Of a stretch of 64,000 nt of DNA, positions 1 through 9,861 are shown in pieces (position 1 is the stretch's first letter; each line of letters begins with the position of its first letter). Source of the DNA: Verrucomicrobiota bacterium. Lineage in GTDB: Bacteria > Verrucomicrobiota > Verrucomicrobiia > Limisphaerales > SXQI01. The stretch lies in NCBI GenBank assembly GCA_033762115.1, contig JANRLX010000103.1:18387-82386 (forward strand), written 5' to 3'. The position numbers and the translations under genes were made by a program. The notes under the pieces are model-generated. The model saw nothing but the letters and a program-made list of their open reading frames with translations, ran no database searches and had not been told where the DNA came from.

Positions 1-1860
1 CAAACAGATGCCCTGGAAGGGGGCCTGTTTCAGGCGTTTATGGATAATACGCCAGCGGTGGGGTTCCTGAAAAGGGATGATGGGCGTTATGTTTACGTCA
101 ATCGCACGCTGCAGGAGGTTTACGAGCTTTCCGCGGAACAGGTGCTGGGCAGGACTGACGCCGAGTTGCTCCCGCTTGAGATCGCCCGAACGCTCCGGGA
201 GCATGATCTTGAAGTCCTGAATTCCGGTGAAGTTCGTCGCGCCCTGGAGGAGATTCCTGACAGCGAGGGGCGCTTGCGGCAATGGATGGTGGTGAAATTT
301 CCGTTCAAGGACCGTTTTGGGTCACGATATGTGGGGGGACTTGCGCTGGAAGCCACGGAACAGTTCCAAATCCAACGCTGCCTGCGGGAGAGCGAGGAGC
401 GGTTTCAGAAGTTGATTGAAACTTCCGCGCTGGCAATTGCGGTTTTATCCGGAGAGGGAAAAATTTCCTACGCGAACAGTTCCTTTCTCCAGGTTTTCCG
501 GCATGGAGCGGAAAGCGTTCTTGGGAAAACATGGCTGGATTTCATCGCACCGAATCAGCGGGGGCGGGTTGAATCGCGGATTGAAGAACGCGCGAGGGGT
601 GAAGAGGTGAATGGATCGTACGATACGATTGGATTTCGAGGGGATGGAACGGAGTTTCCATTTCATGTGCAGGAGTCCAGCCTCACGCTTCGTGAAGGCA
701 GGTCCACCGTGGCGTTCATCACGGATTTAACGGAGCGGGTTGCGCTGGAAGAACAGGTGCGGCATTCGCAAAAGATGGAATCGATTGGTCGTCTGGCCGG
801 TGGGATTGCCCATGACCTGAATAATATACTTTCGATCATCAGCGGGAATGTTCAATTGCTGAAGCTGGGAAAAGGAATCTCCTGTGACCCGGCTGACTTG
901 ATCGAGGAGATTGAGGAAGCGACCAAGCGCGCGGCGGGATTGACCCGCCAATTGCTGACTTTCAGCCGGAAACAACCGGCAGTGTTCACCCGGGTGGATT
1001 TAAATGAAGCGGTCCTTTCCGCGAGCCGACTGATGATGCGGCTGCTGGGAGAGGAGATCCTGCTGGAGCATCGACTTTCAGCGACGTCGCTCTGGGTGAA
1101 CGCGGACAAAGGAATGATTGACCAGATTATGATGAACTTGCTTTTAAACGCTCGTGACGGGATGAACGGGGTGGGGACGATCAGGATTGATACGCGCCTA
1201 GAGGAACGAGGGGATGAGCAACGGGCGATCGTGTCGATCAGCGATACAGGAGTGGGAATTCCGCCGGAAAACCTGCCGCGAATTTTTGAGCCATTTTTTA
1301 CGACCAAACCGGTGGGGGAAGGGACTGGCCTGGGGCTGGCGACAGTTTACGGGATTGTGCAGCAGCATGAGGGGACGATCCAGGTGGAAAGCGCCCCGGG
1401 TGAGGGGGCCACTTTCACGATTGATCTGCCGATCTGTCCGGAGAAGGGCACGGAGCCGAAGGGTTATCTGAATTCCCGATCAGCCAAGGGGACGGTGTTG
1501 ATTGCGGAGGATGAGGCGAGCCTGCGAAAGCTTTGCAGCCGGTTGCTGGAGAATGCGGGGTACAAGGTGTTGCTCGCGGAAGATGGCCTGGAAGCGGTGC
1601 GGATCTGGTCGGAAAAAAAGGAGAGCATCCACCTGCTGCTGACGGACATGATCATGCCGGGAGGGATTACCGGTGCTGAATTGTATCAGCGGGTGTCTGA
1701 AGACAAACCGAAGTTGCCTGTGATCTTTATGAGCGGTTATTCAGCGGAAGCAGGCGGACAGATTCCGCAACTGTCACACGCGATGTTTCTTTCAAAGCCA
1801 TTCGATTTTTCCCATCTGATCGCGTCTGTTGAATCGCTGATGCAGAAGTTTAAATGCTGA
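1..1860 (+). CDS. Hybrid sensor histidine kinase/response regulator (PAS-PAS-HisKA-HATPase_c-receiver); 5' end probably outside the window
   Basis: ORF 40..1860, but the frame stays open back to nt 1. H-box '[14 protein letters not shown]'. ATP-lid boxes 'LLLNARDGM', 'DTGVGIP', 'GTGLGLATV'. C-terminal receiver 'VLIAEDE...[10 protein letters not shown]...LSKPF'. Confidence 0.9.
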   Translation, partial: QTDALEGGLFQAFMDNTPAVGFLKRDDGRYVYVNRTLQEVYELSAEQVLGRTDAELLPLEIARTLREHDLEVLNSGEVRRALEEIPDSEGRLRQWMVVKFPFKDRFGSRYVGGLALEATEQFQIQRCLRESEERFQKLIETSALAIAVLSGEGKISYANSSFLQVFRHGAESVLGKTWLDFIAPNQRGRVESRIEERARGEEVNGSYDTIGFRGDGTEFPFHVQESSLTLREGRSTVAFITDLTERVALEEQVRHSQKMESIGRLAGGIAHDLNNILSIISGNVQLLKLGKGISCDPADLIEEIEEATKRAAGLTRQLLTFSRKQPAVFTRVDLNEAVLSASRLMMRLLGEEILLEHRLSATSLWVNADKGMIDQIMMNLLLNARDGMNGVGTIRIDTRLEERGDEQRAIVSISDTGVGIPPENLPRIFEPFFTTKPVGEGTGLGLATVYGIVQQHEGTIQVESAPGEGATFTIDLPICPEKGTEPKGYLNSRSAKGTVLIAEDEASLRKLCSRLLENAGYKVLLAEDGLEAVRIWSEKKESIHLLLTDMIMPGGITGAELYQRVSEDKPKLPVIFMSGYSAEAGGQIPQLSHAMFLSKPFDFSHLIASVESLMQKFKC

Positions 1861-1870
1861 CGCGGCTCCT

Positions 1871-3079
1871 TCAGGGGTCCACATAAACCGGCATCCCGGT
1901 CCAGACCAGCTTGAGCAGCAACTCGGCATTCCAATTGGCGAGGCGGAAGCAGCCGTGGCTTTCCGTACGTCCGACCAGCTCCGGTTTCGGCGTGCCGTGA
2001 ATGCCGTAGCCGGGTCGGTCCAGGCCGATCCAGGCGACGCCCACGGGATTGTTCGGGCCGGGGGGCAGCAGGAGTTTTCTTCCGATTTTTTTGGCTTCTT
2101 CCGATTCGGGAAAAATCTCGGGGTTAAACATGTAATTTGGGTTCTCCGCGACCTTCACCACAGTCAATCGTCCGACCGGGCGTTTATCCACTTTTTGGGC
2201 GATGCTGCATGGGAAATGGGCGAGGAGGTTCGAGTTCACCCCGAAGGCCTGCAATGTTTTATTGGCAAGCTGGATTCGGACGAAAGCGGCTTTTTCACGG
2301 TAAACAGGGTGAAATGTATGGGGAATTTTCAGTCGGGTCCCGACCTGCAGGTTGGTCCATGAAATGGAGGGGTTTAATTGGCGGATGAGGCTTTCGCGTG
2401 AGTGGGCTTTTTCGGCAACGAGTTCGAGGGCGGTTTCAAAATCGAGCCGATCCAGTTCCGATTTGCCGAGCCATGTGTCAGGAATGGAACGCAAACGCTG
2501 GAGGTCATTCGAGGTCACTTCATAAACACGGTAGGGCCATTCGCGAAGTAAGAGGCGGGAGCGGGAAAGGGGGTCGAGGTCGCCGGTCTGGGGCAATCCT
2601 TCACGAAGTTGAAAAGCGCGGATGGCCAGGCGGCTTTGCGAACCGAGCACGCCATCGATGGGGCCGCTGGAAATGCCGACCCTGGCGAGGGCAAGCTGGA
2701 TTTCAAAGGAGTTGGCGGGAGGACGCGGCTGGAAACCATTGGCCGGTTCTTCCGGGAGGGGAAAATTGTTGGTGGCAATGGGGAAATTGTTGGTTGGCAG
2801 GGGTGCGTTCGTGAGAATGGAAGGTGCGGCAGGGTTGCTTCGGAGCGATGGTGGAGGGGAGGTGGCAAGCGGCTGGACAAGGGGTGTGGGCTGATGAACG
2901 GTTTGGGTTTGCGCGAGCGGAGCATTGGTCAGGGAGCGGCCAGAGGAGGATTCCTCAAAGCCGGTGGTGCCGGTTTTCCACCAAACCAGGAAAAAAAGTG
3001 CGAGAGCAAGCAGCGCGAACAGCCAGGACCAGGGGAGGCCGCCGTTCCGTTTTCTTGATGTTCCACGCCGTTGAGGCAC
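1871..3079 (-). CDS. L,D-transpeptidase (YkuD domain) with peptidoglycan-binding domain, membrane anchor and Pro-rich linker
   Basis: PG_binding_1-like 'GPIDGVLGSQSRLAIRAFQLREGLPQTG'. YkuD catalytic 'GIHGT...TESHGCFRL'. N-terminal hydrophobic 'LPWSWLFALLALALFFLVWW'. Confidence 0.9.
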   Translation of the reverse strand: MPQRRGTSRKRNGGLPWSWLFALLALALFFLVWWKTGTTGFEESSSGRSLTNAPLAQTQTVHQPTPLVQPLATSPPPSLRSNPAAPSILTNAPLPTNNFPIATNNFPLPEEPANGFQPRPPANSFEIQLALARVGISSGPIDGVLGSQSRLAIRAFQLREGLPQTGDLDPLSRSRLLLREWPYRVYEVTSNDLQRLRSIPDTWLGKSELDRLDFETALELVAEKAHSRESLIRQLNPSISWTNLQVGTRLKIPHTFHPVYREKAAFVRIQLANKTLQAFGVNSNLLAHFPCSIAQKVDKRPVGRLTVVKVAENPNYMFNPEIFPESEEAKKIGRKLLLPPGPNNPVGVAWIGLDRPGYGIHGTPKPELVGRTESHGCFRLANWNAELLLKLVWTGMPVYVDP

Positions 3080-3142
3080 GCCTCCAATTAATAGGAAAAA
3101 AGCGGGTTAGGAAATGTTTTGCTGAACCGGAGGGGGCGCGGT

Positions 3143-3766
3143 TCAGGGAGCCTGCTTTTTTTCGTTGCCGAATTCAAAATTCACTTTTGGCGCGTTTTCA
3201 GATCCTTCGGCGGCGCGGAAGTAAGCCCTGGGCTTGTGGTTGAACAGCCCGGCGATGAGGGAACCGGGCATCATGCGGATGGCGGTGTTGTAATCGCGGA
3301 CGGTTTCATTGAAACGGTTTCGTTCGACGGTGATCCGGTTTTCCGTGCCCTCAAGCTGGGTTTGCAGATTCAGGAAATTCTGGTTGGCGCGAAGTTCCGG
3401 GTAACGTTCCACCACCACGAGCAATCTGGACAAGGCAGAGCCGAGGCGGTCCTGGGCCTGCTGGAATTGCTGCAACTGTTCTTCGCTGGGGGTTTGATTG
3501 GGGTTCAGCTGGACTTTGCCGACGGAGGCCCGGGCTTCAACGACTTCAGTGAGGGTGGATTTTTCGAAGTTGGCCGCGCCGGAAACTGTGGAAACGAGGT
3601 TGGGGATCAGATCGGCCCGGCGCTGGTAAACGTTCTGCACCTGTGCCCATTGAGCATCGGCCTTTTCGCCGAGGGCAACGAAACGGTTTGCGACGCCGAC
3701 GACATAAATCACGGCAATGACAACGATTGCGACCAGGACCCCGACAGCCAGCAAGACTTTTTTCAT
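3143..3766 (-). CDS. lemA: LemA family membrane protein
   Basis: N-terminal TM helix followed by 'QWAQVQNVYQRRADLIPNLV', 'ERYPELRANQNF' and 'EGTENRITVERNRFNETVRDYN', typical of LemA. Confidence 0.85.
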   Translation of the reverse strand: MKKVLLAVGVLVAIVVIAVIYVVGVANRFVALGEKADAQWAQVQNVYQRRADLIPNLVSTVSGAANFEKSTLTEVVEARASVGKVQLNPNQTPSEEQLQQFQQAQDRLGSALSRLLVVVERYPELRANQNFLNLQTQLEGTENRITVERNRFNETVRDYNTAIRMMPGSLIAGLFNHKPRAYFRAAEGSENAPKVNFEFGNEKKQAP

Positions 3767-3885
3767 ACCCAGGAGCAGATTGCCATAAAGCCGGGATGAT
3801 GCAACCCGGTCCGGAGGGGGTCACCTTTTCTTGCGCCTGGCTGCCCGATTTGAGACCCTTGATTTGTAGCAGGCAGTTACCCTTT

Positions 3886-4656
3886 ATGAATAACCTCGGC
3901 GGCAACCGACCAATAGGTGTCTTTCAGATCGCCATACTTATATTCTCTATTTTTGGTCTCATAGGTCTGCTGTGTGACACATTCCTCAAGCTCGACCCGG
4001 ATGTGTCCGCCCTGCTTCAGTTATTCGATACGATGGTATGCGGCTTGTTTCTCATCGATTTCCTTTTTCAGTTCAAAGCAGCAAAAAACAAGCTTTCATT
4101 CCTTAAGACAGGCTGGATTGATTTAGTGGCCAGTATTCCCAGTATTGATGCGCTGAGGTGGGGGCGTCTGATTCGCGTGATCCAGATTATTCGAGTTCTC
4201 CGCGCGGTCAGGGCTGCGCATAAATTATTAAAAATATTGGCATCACCGAAAGGGGTGGCAGGTTCGCTGGGCATGACTGCCTGTGCTTTGATTTTGTTTA
4301 GCAGCCTGACCATTCTTATTGTGGAGAACGTGGAGGATGCCAACATCAAGACCGCAGAAGATGCAATCTGGTGGAGTTTTACGACGATCACTACTGTGGG
4401 GTATGGAGATCGTTATCCTGTGACCACAGAAGGAAGAATCATTGCAATGATTTTGATGATGGCGGGAGTGGGGCTTTTTGGAAGTTATACCGCGTTAGTG
4501 GCCGCACTTTTCACCGGCCATATCGAAGAGCCGGAGGAGCAGGATTTGAAAGAGATTAAAAAGGAATTGGAATTACTCCGAGCTGAGGTGCGCCTGCTTA
4601 CGGCACATCGCCGTGACTCGGAAAGTCCCCCGAGAGTGTCGAACCTTGTGGAATGA
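3886..4656 (+). CDS. Voltage-gated potassium channel (Ion_trans family, 6-TM Kv-like)
   Basis: Selectivity filter 'TTITTVGYGD'. S4 helix with Arg at every third position, 'RWGRLIRVIQIIRVLRAVRAAHK'. I moved the start to ATG 3886 (MNNLGGN...); the track start at 3727 overlaps the lemA 5' end and adds non-channel sequence. Confidence 0.85.
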   Translation: MNNLGGNRPIGVFQIAILIFSIFGLIGLLCDTFLKLDPDVSALLQLFDTMVCGLFLIDFLFQFKAAKNKLSFLKTGWIDLVASIPSIDALRWGRLIRVIQIIRVLRAVRAAHKLLKILASPKGVAGSLGMTACALILFSSLTILIVENVEDANIKTAEDAIWWSFTTITTVGYGDRYPVTTEGRIIAMILMMAGVGLFGSYTALVAALFTGHIEEPEEQDLKEIKKELELLRAEVRLLTAHRRDSESPPRVSNLVE

Positions 4657-4679
4657 TTGAGCCAAACGGCCAGGAAAGC

Positions 4680-4708
4680 AAAAACCCCGGCGAAGGTTTC
4701 ACCGGGGG
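4680..4708 (-). terminator. Rho-independent terminator downstream of the PfkB kinase gene (possibly bidirectional, also follows the K+ channel gene)
   Basis: Stem CCCCGG (4685-4690) pairs with CCGGGG (4702-4707). It is flanked by AAAAA (4680-4684), which reads as a U-run directly after the hairpin on the minus strand. Confidence 0.6.
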
Positions 4709-4725
4709 TTGAGTTAAAATCAGGA

Positions 4726-5805
4726 TCAGCGTTGAACGCGGGCGTTTCCTTTCCAGATGCTCCAGACCTGCTCCTCATCGGCAGGCTGGGCGTAATCGGT
4801 CAGCATGGTGGTGGCCAGAGCGCCGGTTGCCCAGCCGAACTGGATCCATTTTTCAGGTTCCCAGCCTTTGAGAAGGGCGTAAAGCAGCCCGCCCACAAAG
4901 CCGTCGCCGCCGCCGATGCGGTCCAGCACGGTGATATCGCGCGGTTCCACCACATGCCATTCGTTGCCGGAGGCGAGGATGGCGCCCCAGAGGTGGTGAT
5001 TGGCATCGACCACTTCACGCAGGGTGGTGGCAAATGTGGTTGCGTGAGGATAGGCTTGCTTCACGCGGCGAATCATTTCCTTGAATCCTTCGATCTCGGC
5101 TTTCAAGCCTTTGCCCCCCGCTTCAGGCCCGTGAACCCCGAGGCAAAGCTGGAAATCCTCCTCGTTGCCGACCAGCACATCTGAAACAGAGGCAATTTCG
5201 GCAAAGATCGCGCTCAATTCCTTTTCACGGCCTTTCCAAAAGGAGGCGCGATAATTGAGGTCGAAGGAAATTCGAGTGCCATGCTTTTTGGCGGCGCGGG
5301 CGAGTTCAAGGCAGAATTGGCCGGTCTCAGGGGAAAGGGCTCCGATCAAACCGGAGAGATGAACGACCTGGACTCCTTCCTTTCCGAAGATGCGGTCGAG
5401 GTCGAAGTCCTTGACGTTCAGGGTGCGGCCGACCTCCCCGGCGCGGTCATTCCAGACACGGGGCCCGCGGGAGCCAAAACCGCTGTCGGCGATGTTGAAC
5501 TGGTGACGATATCCCCAGGGCCCGCCCTGGGAGAGTTCAGGCCCTTCAAAATCCATGTGGCGACTGCGCAGGTTGTCCTTGATCATCTGGGCGATGGGAC
5601 TGCCCTTGACGAATGTGGTGAGCACCTTGACCGGCAGGCCGAGGTAGGAGGCAACGCTGGCGACGTTTGTCTCCGCGCTGGTGACCTGCATCATGAAAGG
5701 GCCGCCTGAGTGGACTGGCTGGCCATTGGAAGGAGTGATCCGGACACCCATGCTGGTGGGGACGACCAGCGCGTACCGACAGTTCTTTTTCAGTTCAATC
5801 GTCAT
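4726..5805 (-). CDS. PfkB-family sugar kinase (2-keto-3-deoxygluconate kinase-like)
   Basis: PfkB signature 'VLDRIGGGDGFVGGLLYALLKG', the size (359 aa) and the overall ribokinase-like layout. Confidence 0.8.
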   Translation of the reverse strand: MTIELKKNCRYALVVPTSMGVRITPSNGQPVHSGGPFMMQVTSAETNVASVASYLGLPVKVLTTFVKGSPIAQMIKDNLRSRHMDFEGPELSQGGPWGYRHQFNIADSGFGSRGPRVWNDRAGEVGRTLNVKDFDLDRIFGKEGVQVVHLSGLIGALSPETGQFCLELARAAKKHGTRISFDLNYRASFWKGREKELSAIFAEIASVSDVLVGNEEDFQLCLGVHGPEAGGKGLKAEIEGFKEMIRRVKQAYPHATTFATTLREVVDANHHLWGAILASGNEWHVVEPRDITVLDRIGGGDGFVGGLLYALLKGWEPEKWIQFGWATGALATTMLTDYAQPADEEQVWSIWKGNARVQR

Positions 5806-6036
5806 TTTTTTTGATCGTGGTAGAAAGCCTCAAAGCTCACAAGAGAGAAATGGGCTGAAGGCAAAGCTTGGGGGGTTGGAAAAAGGTGCGTCAGCTTCGG
5901 CTATCGTATCGGAGGTGCAGTTGCTGCCACACGATGTGCTACGAAGTCTCAGGGAAAAGAATGCCATGAGTGAACGGAATGCCTGATTATCGACGCGCCT
6001 TCGGAAGGTATTGGATATCAAATAACTGTCTGATTA

Positions 6037-6854
6037 CTAAATTGAAACTATGCCCCGGCAATGCGGATATGCAGAGCAACCCCAAAACTCCTGGCCGGCA
6101 TTCTTGCCGGTCTTCGCTCGCCGAAGCACCATAGGTTTGCCGCAGGTGGGACACTCCGGTCGGTTGGGTGTTGTGTCCTCCAACGAGGCTGCTGACACCT
6201 CGGTTCGTTGAAGACGACCATGCGCTTGATACGCTTTGGCCATTTCGGCGAATTGCGCTCCGTCGATCAATTCGAGCGCCTTGCCTTCGGCGAACCGCAG
6301 CGCCTCATTGGTGTAGATTCCGCTGGATACGAAAACTCCGCGATCCACTCCCTCGGATGTCATGACGCCGAAAAACTCTCGGATCGGCTTCACGCCCACT
6401 TTGAATACCTTCCAACGCTTGCACTGCACCAGCGTGATTTCGCCGGTGCGGCGCAGGCGGAGATCAATCCCACCATCCGCTCCGCCGCCCCCGACGTTCT
6501 CAACGAAATATCCACGAGTCCGAAATATCGGGCCGACGAGGTTCTCGAATTCCTCCATGACAAGCCGTTCACCCAGTCCAGCGTGATGTTCTGGCGAAGG
6601 AAAGCAGCGTGGCGTTGCCGCTACCGGTAGCCGCCAAAACCTCCGACCAGAATGGCAAGTGCGACGAGGCCGCCGAGCAGGTACCCGAGCTTCTCCAGTC
6701 CAGGAGTTTTGAGGCTGTTATTGAGCCACGAGGAAATTCCGAAGAACGCGATGAGCGCAAGCGGCATGCTGGCCCACGGGGGTACGTAGCGAAACACGAA
6801 TTCCATGACCTCAACGAGGTCTTCGAGAGTGCTGGATCGCCTTCTGCGTGCCAC
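6037..6854 (-). pseudogene. Disrupted Mrr-type restriction endonuclease (2-TM N-terminus + Mrr_cat + topoisomerase-type C4 zinc finger), with one in-frame TAG and one 1-nt frameshift
   Basis: Three track ORFs (6621..6854, 6390..6572, 6037..6558) join into one family-typical protein. The parts are a TM N-terminus, then TAG at 6621-6623, then '...RQRHAAFLRQNITLDWVNGLSWR', a frame change near 6550-6557, then 'EFENLVGPIFRTRGY...GGGGADGGIDLRL...VQCKRWK' and 'CPTCGKPMV...WGCSAYPHCRG'. Confidence 0.75.
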
Positions 6855-7014
6855 CCGGTGATCCCACTAAAATAGGCGGCGATCGAATTGCGCCGGTGGC
6901 CAAGGGTTTGCCGCCTGAATTCTGTGCAAGCCGTCGAATCGACGCTCTCCCCTGAGAGCTTACTCCATTCCTTCTTGTCGCCCGAGCAGGTGGCAATACT
7001 CTTGTCCGATAATC

Positions 7015-8217
7015 ATGCCGACAAAGACCAGTCGTCTTTATGAATTTCCGCTGGAGGCGTTGCCCAGTCCGTTTCGTTTCGTCGCGCTTCTTCTTCTCGC
7101 CCTATCCATCACGGGCTGCCGGACAGGTCTAACGCCGTTGCCGAACCAGGAGAGCCGGACGTATGCAAGCCTTCTGCACTGGGCGGCGGACAACGGCACG
7201 CCCGGCTCTGTTCTAATCGTTAATACACCGACAACCAACTTCGCGGCGGCAATAGGGATCGCTGATCGTCACACGGGAGTTCCCATGCAGACGAACAATT
7301 CGTTTAGAATCGCGAGCATCGCCAAGTCTTTCGTTGGGATAGCCGCAGCCCAGGCGGTTGCTGAGGGCAAACTCGATCTCGACAAGCCGATCACCCAATA
7401 CCTTCCGCCCGACATCACCGATCATATCACGAACAGCGGGCAGATCACGACCCGGCATCTTCTGAGACATACCAGCGGCGTGTACGATTTTGAACGGAGC
7501 ATCTCGCATACTCTGAGGCGTTATCTTACGGATCGGCGCGGGAAATGGACGCCAGAGCGCGATTTAAGATACGCTTACGACAAGGCATCGGATTTCGCGC
7601 CTGGAACGGCGTGGCGCTACTCGACTTCCGGTTACATCCTCGTTGCCATGATTCTGGACAGGATATACGGACGGGATCACTCGCTCGACATTCGCGACCG
7701 AATCCTCACGCCTTTAGGACTGTCGAGCACTTTCTGCGAGCTTACCGAGCCTGGGCGCGGCTCACTCGCTCGCGGTTACGAGAACTGGTGGGGACTCTGG
7801 TGGACAGATGTCACGGACTGGGCACCGATGACCGGGGCGATGGTCAGTACGGCTCCTGAGCTTGCGAGGTTCATCCGCGCCGTTGTGCGAAATGACGAGT
7901 TCCTCGATCCAAAAACACGCTCGGTCGTTTGGGGTAATCGCGACAAAGGCGAACTCCGATACGATTTCGGTATCAGTCTTTCGCGGCCCAATGACAACGC
8001 CCCATGGTTTTTCGGGCACACCGGAGCGGCGGCTGGTTACTTGTCGTTCGCATATCACGAACCGGAACACGACATCACGATTGTGTACCTCGCGAACACC
8101 AGCCACATGAAGGCACGTGGCCTTGGAAGACGGAGGCAGGAGTTCACGGACAAGCTGAGCAGCGCGCTTTTTGATCTGTCGCTCAAATCACGATTCCCTA
8201 AGGATCAGAGTCATTGA
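7015..8217 (+). CDS. Serine hydrolase, class-C beta-lactamase/DD-peptidase family, probable lipoprotein
   Basis: Lipobox 'LSITGC'. SxxK 'ASIAKSF', 'YSTSGY' and 'GHTGAAAGY' motifs. Confidence 0.85.
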   Translation: MPTKTSRLYEFPLEALPSPFRFVALLLLALSITGCRTGLTPLPNQESRTYASLLHWAADNGTPGSVLIVNTPTTNFAAAIGIADRHTGVPMQTNNSFRIASIAKSFVGIAAAQAVAEGKLDLDKPITQYLPPDITDHITNSGQITTRHLLRHTSGVYDFERSISHTLRRYLTDRRGKWTPERDLRYAYDKASDFAPGTAWRYSTSGYILVAMILDRIYGRDHSLDIRDRILTPLGLSSTFCELTEPGRGSLARGYENWWGLWWTDVTDWAPMTGAMVSTAPELARFIRAVVRNDEFLDPKTRSVVWGNRDKGELRYDFGISLSRPNDNAPWFFGHTGAAAGYLSFAYHEPEHDITIVYLANTSHMKARGLGRRRQEFTDKLSSALFDLSLKSRFPKDQSH

Positions 8218-8336
8218 CGAAATGAAACACTCCACCGGGCCACCCGCCGAGAGAACCCCACGCGCAACATTCGGATCTCCATCACCAAGTCGGGAACGTC
8301 AGTTCCCACGATGGACGAATCCGAGCGGAAAGCGGC

Positions 8337-9788
8337 TTATTGCGCCATCGGCGGAACATCCATCGTCGCGAGCAGGTCACCGGCACTGTTCGTCCAGACG
8401 TGAAACAGTGGAAACCACATCCCATTATCCTTCACAATTTGGATGCTGGATTCCACTCGTTTCCCGTCGGCCAAATCGAGAGCGATCTTCATCCTGACGG
8501 TCGCCTCGTCTTCCACTTTCTGGTCGAGGATGGACAATCCTGTAATCTTCGGTGCGAAGTCCGTCGTGGAAGAAATGAGGTTGGTCATGGATTGATCCAG
8601 AGCTTCCGATACTTCGAGGCCGGGCTGAACCCTCCACCGGACTGCATTTCCGACCAAATCATCCTGACCATATCGTCCGCCCCAGAGGAACGTCTGAAGA
8701 GCATCTTCTGGCTTTTCCAGGCCAACATTTGCCCAGGCTTCCGCTTTAAGAACTTTCGGTGATTGATCGCTGTCGGAACTTTTCGGAACCATTTGGCCGG
8801 AGCGGAGCTTTGCCAATTCCTGGCTTTCCTTTCGCAGCAAACCTACTTCTCCCCGAAGACGGAGCAGTTCCAGGTGATCGGGACGGGACAGGTTGGGCAC
8901 TGGCTTCGCTCCCAGAAGCGCCGATAATCGCTCGTTTTCCGCTCGGAGCGTTTCACTGTGGGCGCGGTAGTCGGATAACGCCTGGTTCTCCTGGCGCATG
9001 GTGTTGATCTTTTGATGTTGAAGAATCAGCGGAGTGCCGGCCCCAGCTATCGCTAACGCGCAGACTGCCGCAATTTTGAGTTTTGTTGTCATAAAGCCAA
9101 CCACTGCAATTCCACCTGCCGCCGTGGTTCCTATGGCCGCTGTAGTGACGGTGGCCGCCAACGCTGGTGGTAGTGCGTGAACCGTATTCGCGGCAAGCAA
9201 GACTGCCAGGGCGGAGGATGAAAGAGTGATGCCTCGCGCCGTTAAATAGCCTCGTAGCTTTTCCAAAGCTCGATTGATGCGCATCCGGGCCGCGTCTTCT
9301 GTTAATCCGAGCAATTTGGCAACGTTGTTCAGTTCCTCGCCCTGAAAAAACCTTAGAACCAGAGCGTCACGGTCTTTTGCGGAAAGACGGCTCATGGCAC
9401 CATCGAGTACGGGGCGAAGACCCGCCCAATCGCAATCTGGTTCCTCGTCAGAATGTGTCTGGTCGGACATGGCAGCAGCCTTCGCTTCGTATTGCCTGCG
9501 GCGGCGGTTAGCCCGGATCGCGCTGGATGCCGCAAACCGAGTACTCGTGTAGAGCCATCCAGGGAGTGCTTCTCCATTTGCCAGGAGCCGGTCTGCTAAG
9601 GCCGGTGCCTTCTTGGCCAAGCCAGTGAAGACATTCTGTGCAATCTCCTGAGCTAAATGTGATTCTCCATTGACCATCCGAAGGGCCGCTGAATACACGA
9701 GGGGAAGGTGACGTTCAACAAGCACCCTAAAGGCGTCTTCAGTCCCGCTCTTAACATAATCCGCAAGCAGTGCAGCGTCATCGGCCAT
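8337..9788 (-). CDS. ECF-type sigma-70 factor fused to a TM segment, coiled coil and about 180-aa extracytoplasmic domain
   Basis: Region 2 'FRVLVERHLPLVYSAALRMV'. Region 4 'LSAKDRDALVLRFFQGEELNNVAKLLGLTEDAARMRINRALEKLR'. These are followed by hydrophobic stretches 'LSSSALAVLLAANTV' and 'IAAVCALAIAGAG', then 'ENQALSDYRAHSETLRAENERLSALL'. Confidence 0.85.
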   Translation of the reverse strand: MADDAALLADYVKSGTEDAFRVLVERHLPLVYSAALRMVNGESHLAQEIAQNVFTGLAKKAPALADRLLANGEALPGWLYTSTRFAASSAIRANRRRRQYEAKAAAMSDQTHSDEEPDCDWAGLRPVLDGAMSRLSAKDRDALVLRFFQGEELNNVAKLLGLTEDAARMRINRALEKLRGYLTARGITLSSSALAVLLAANTVHALPPALAATVTTAAIGTTAAGGIAVVGFMTTKLKIAAVCALAIAGAGTPLILQHQKINTMRQENQALSDYRAHSETLRAENERLSALLGAKPVPNLSRPDHLELLRLRGEVGLLRKESQELAKLRSGQMVPKSSDSDQSPKVLKAEAWANVGLEKPEDALQTFLWGGRYGQDDLVGNAVRWRVQPGLEVSEALDQSMTNLISSTTDFAPKITGLSILDQKVEDEATVRMKIALDLADGKRVESSIQIVKDNGMWFPLFHVWTNSAGDLLATMDVPPMAQ

Positions 9789-9861
9789 TTTCAGATCTAT
9801 AGCAGCCGCTCAGGCGCAAACCGAACAAGAATTATTTTGCGCCCCACGCGATTGCCTGCTA

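Noticed and set aside
2755-2805. Imperfect ~21-nt tandem duplication (GGGGAAAATTGTTGGTGGCAAT / GGGGAAATTGTTGGTTGGCAGG)
   Set aside because: It lies inside the L,D-transpeptidase linker and encodes 'TNNFPIATNNFPLP'. It is a coding low-complexity duplication, not a regulatory or mobile repeat.
6390-6854. Treating 6621..6854 (77 aa, 2 TM) and 6390..6572 (60 aa) as independent small genes
   Set aside because: Read together with 6037..6558 they reconstruct one Mrr-family protein interrupted by a TAG and a 1-nt shift, so I called it a single pseudogene.
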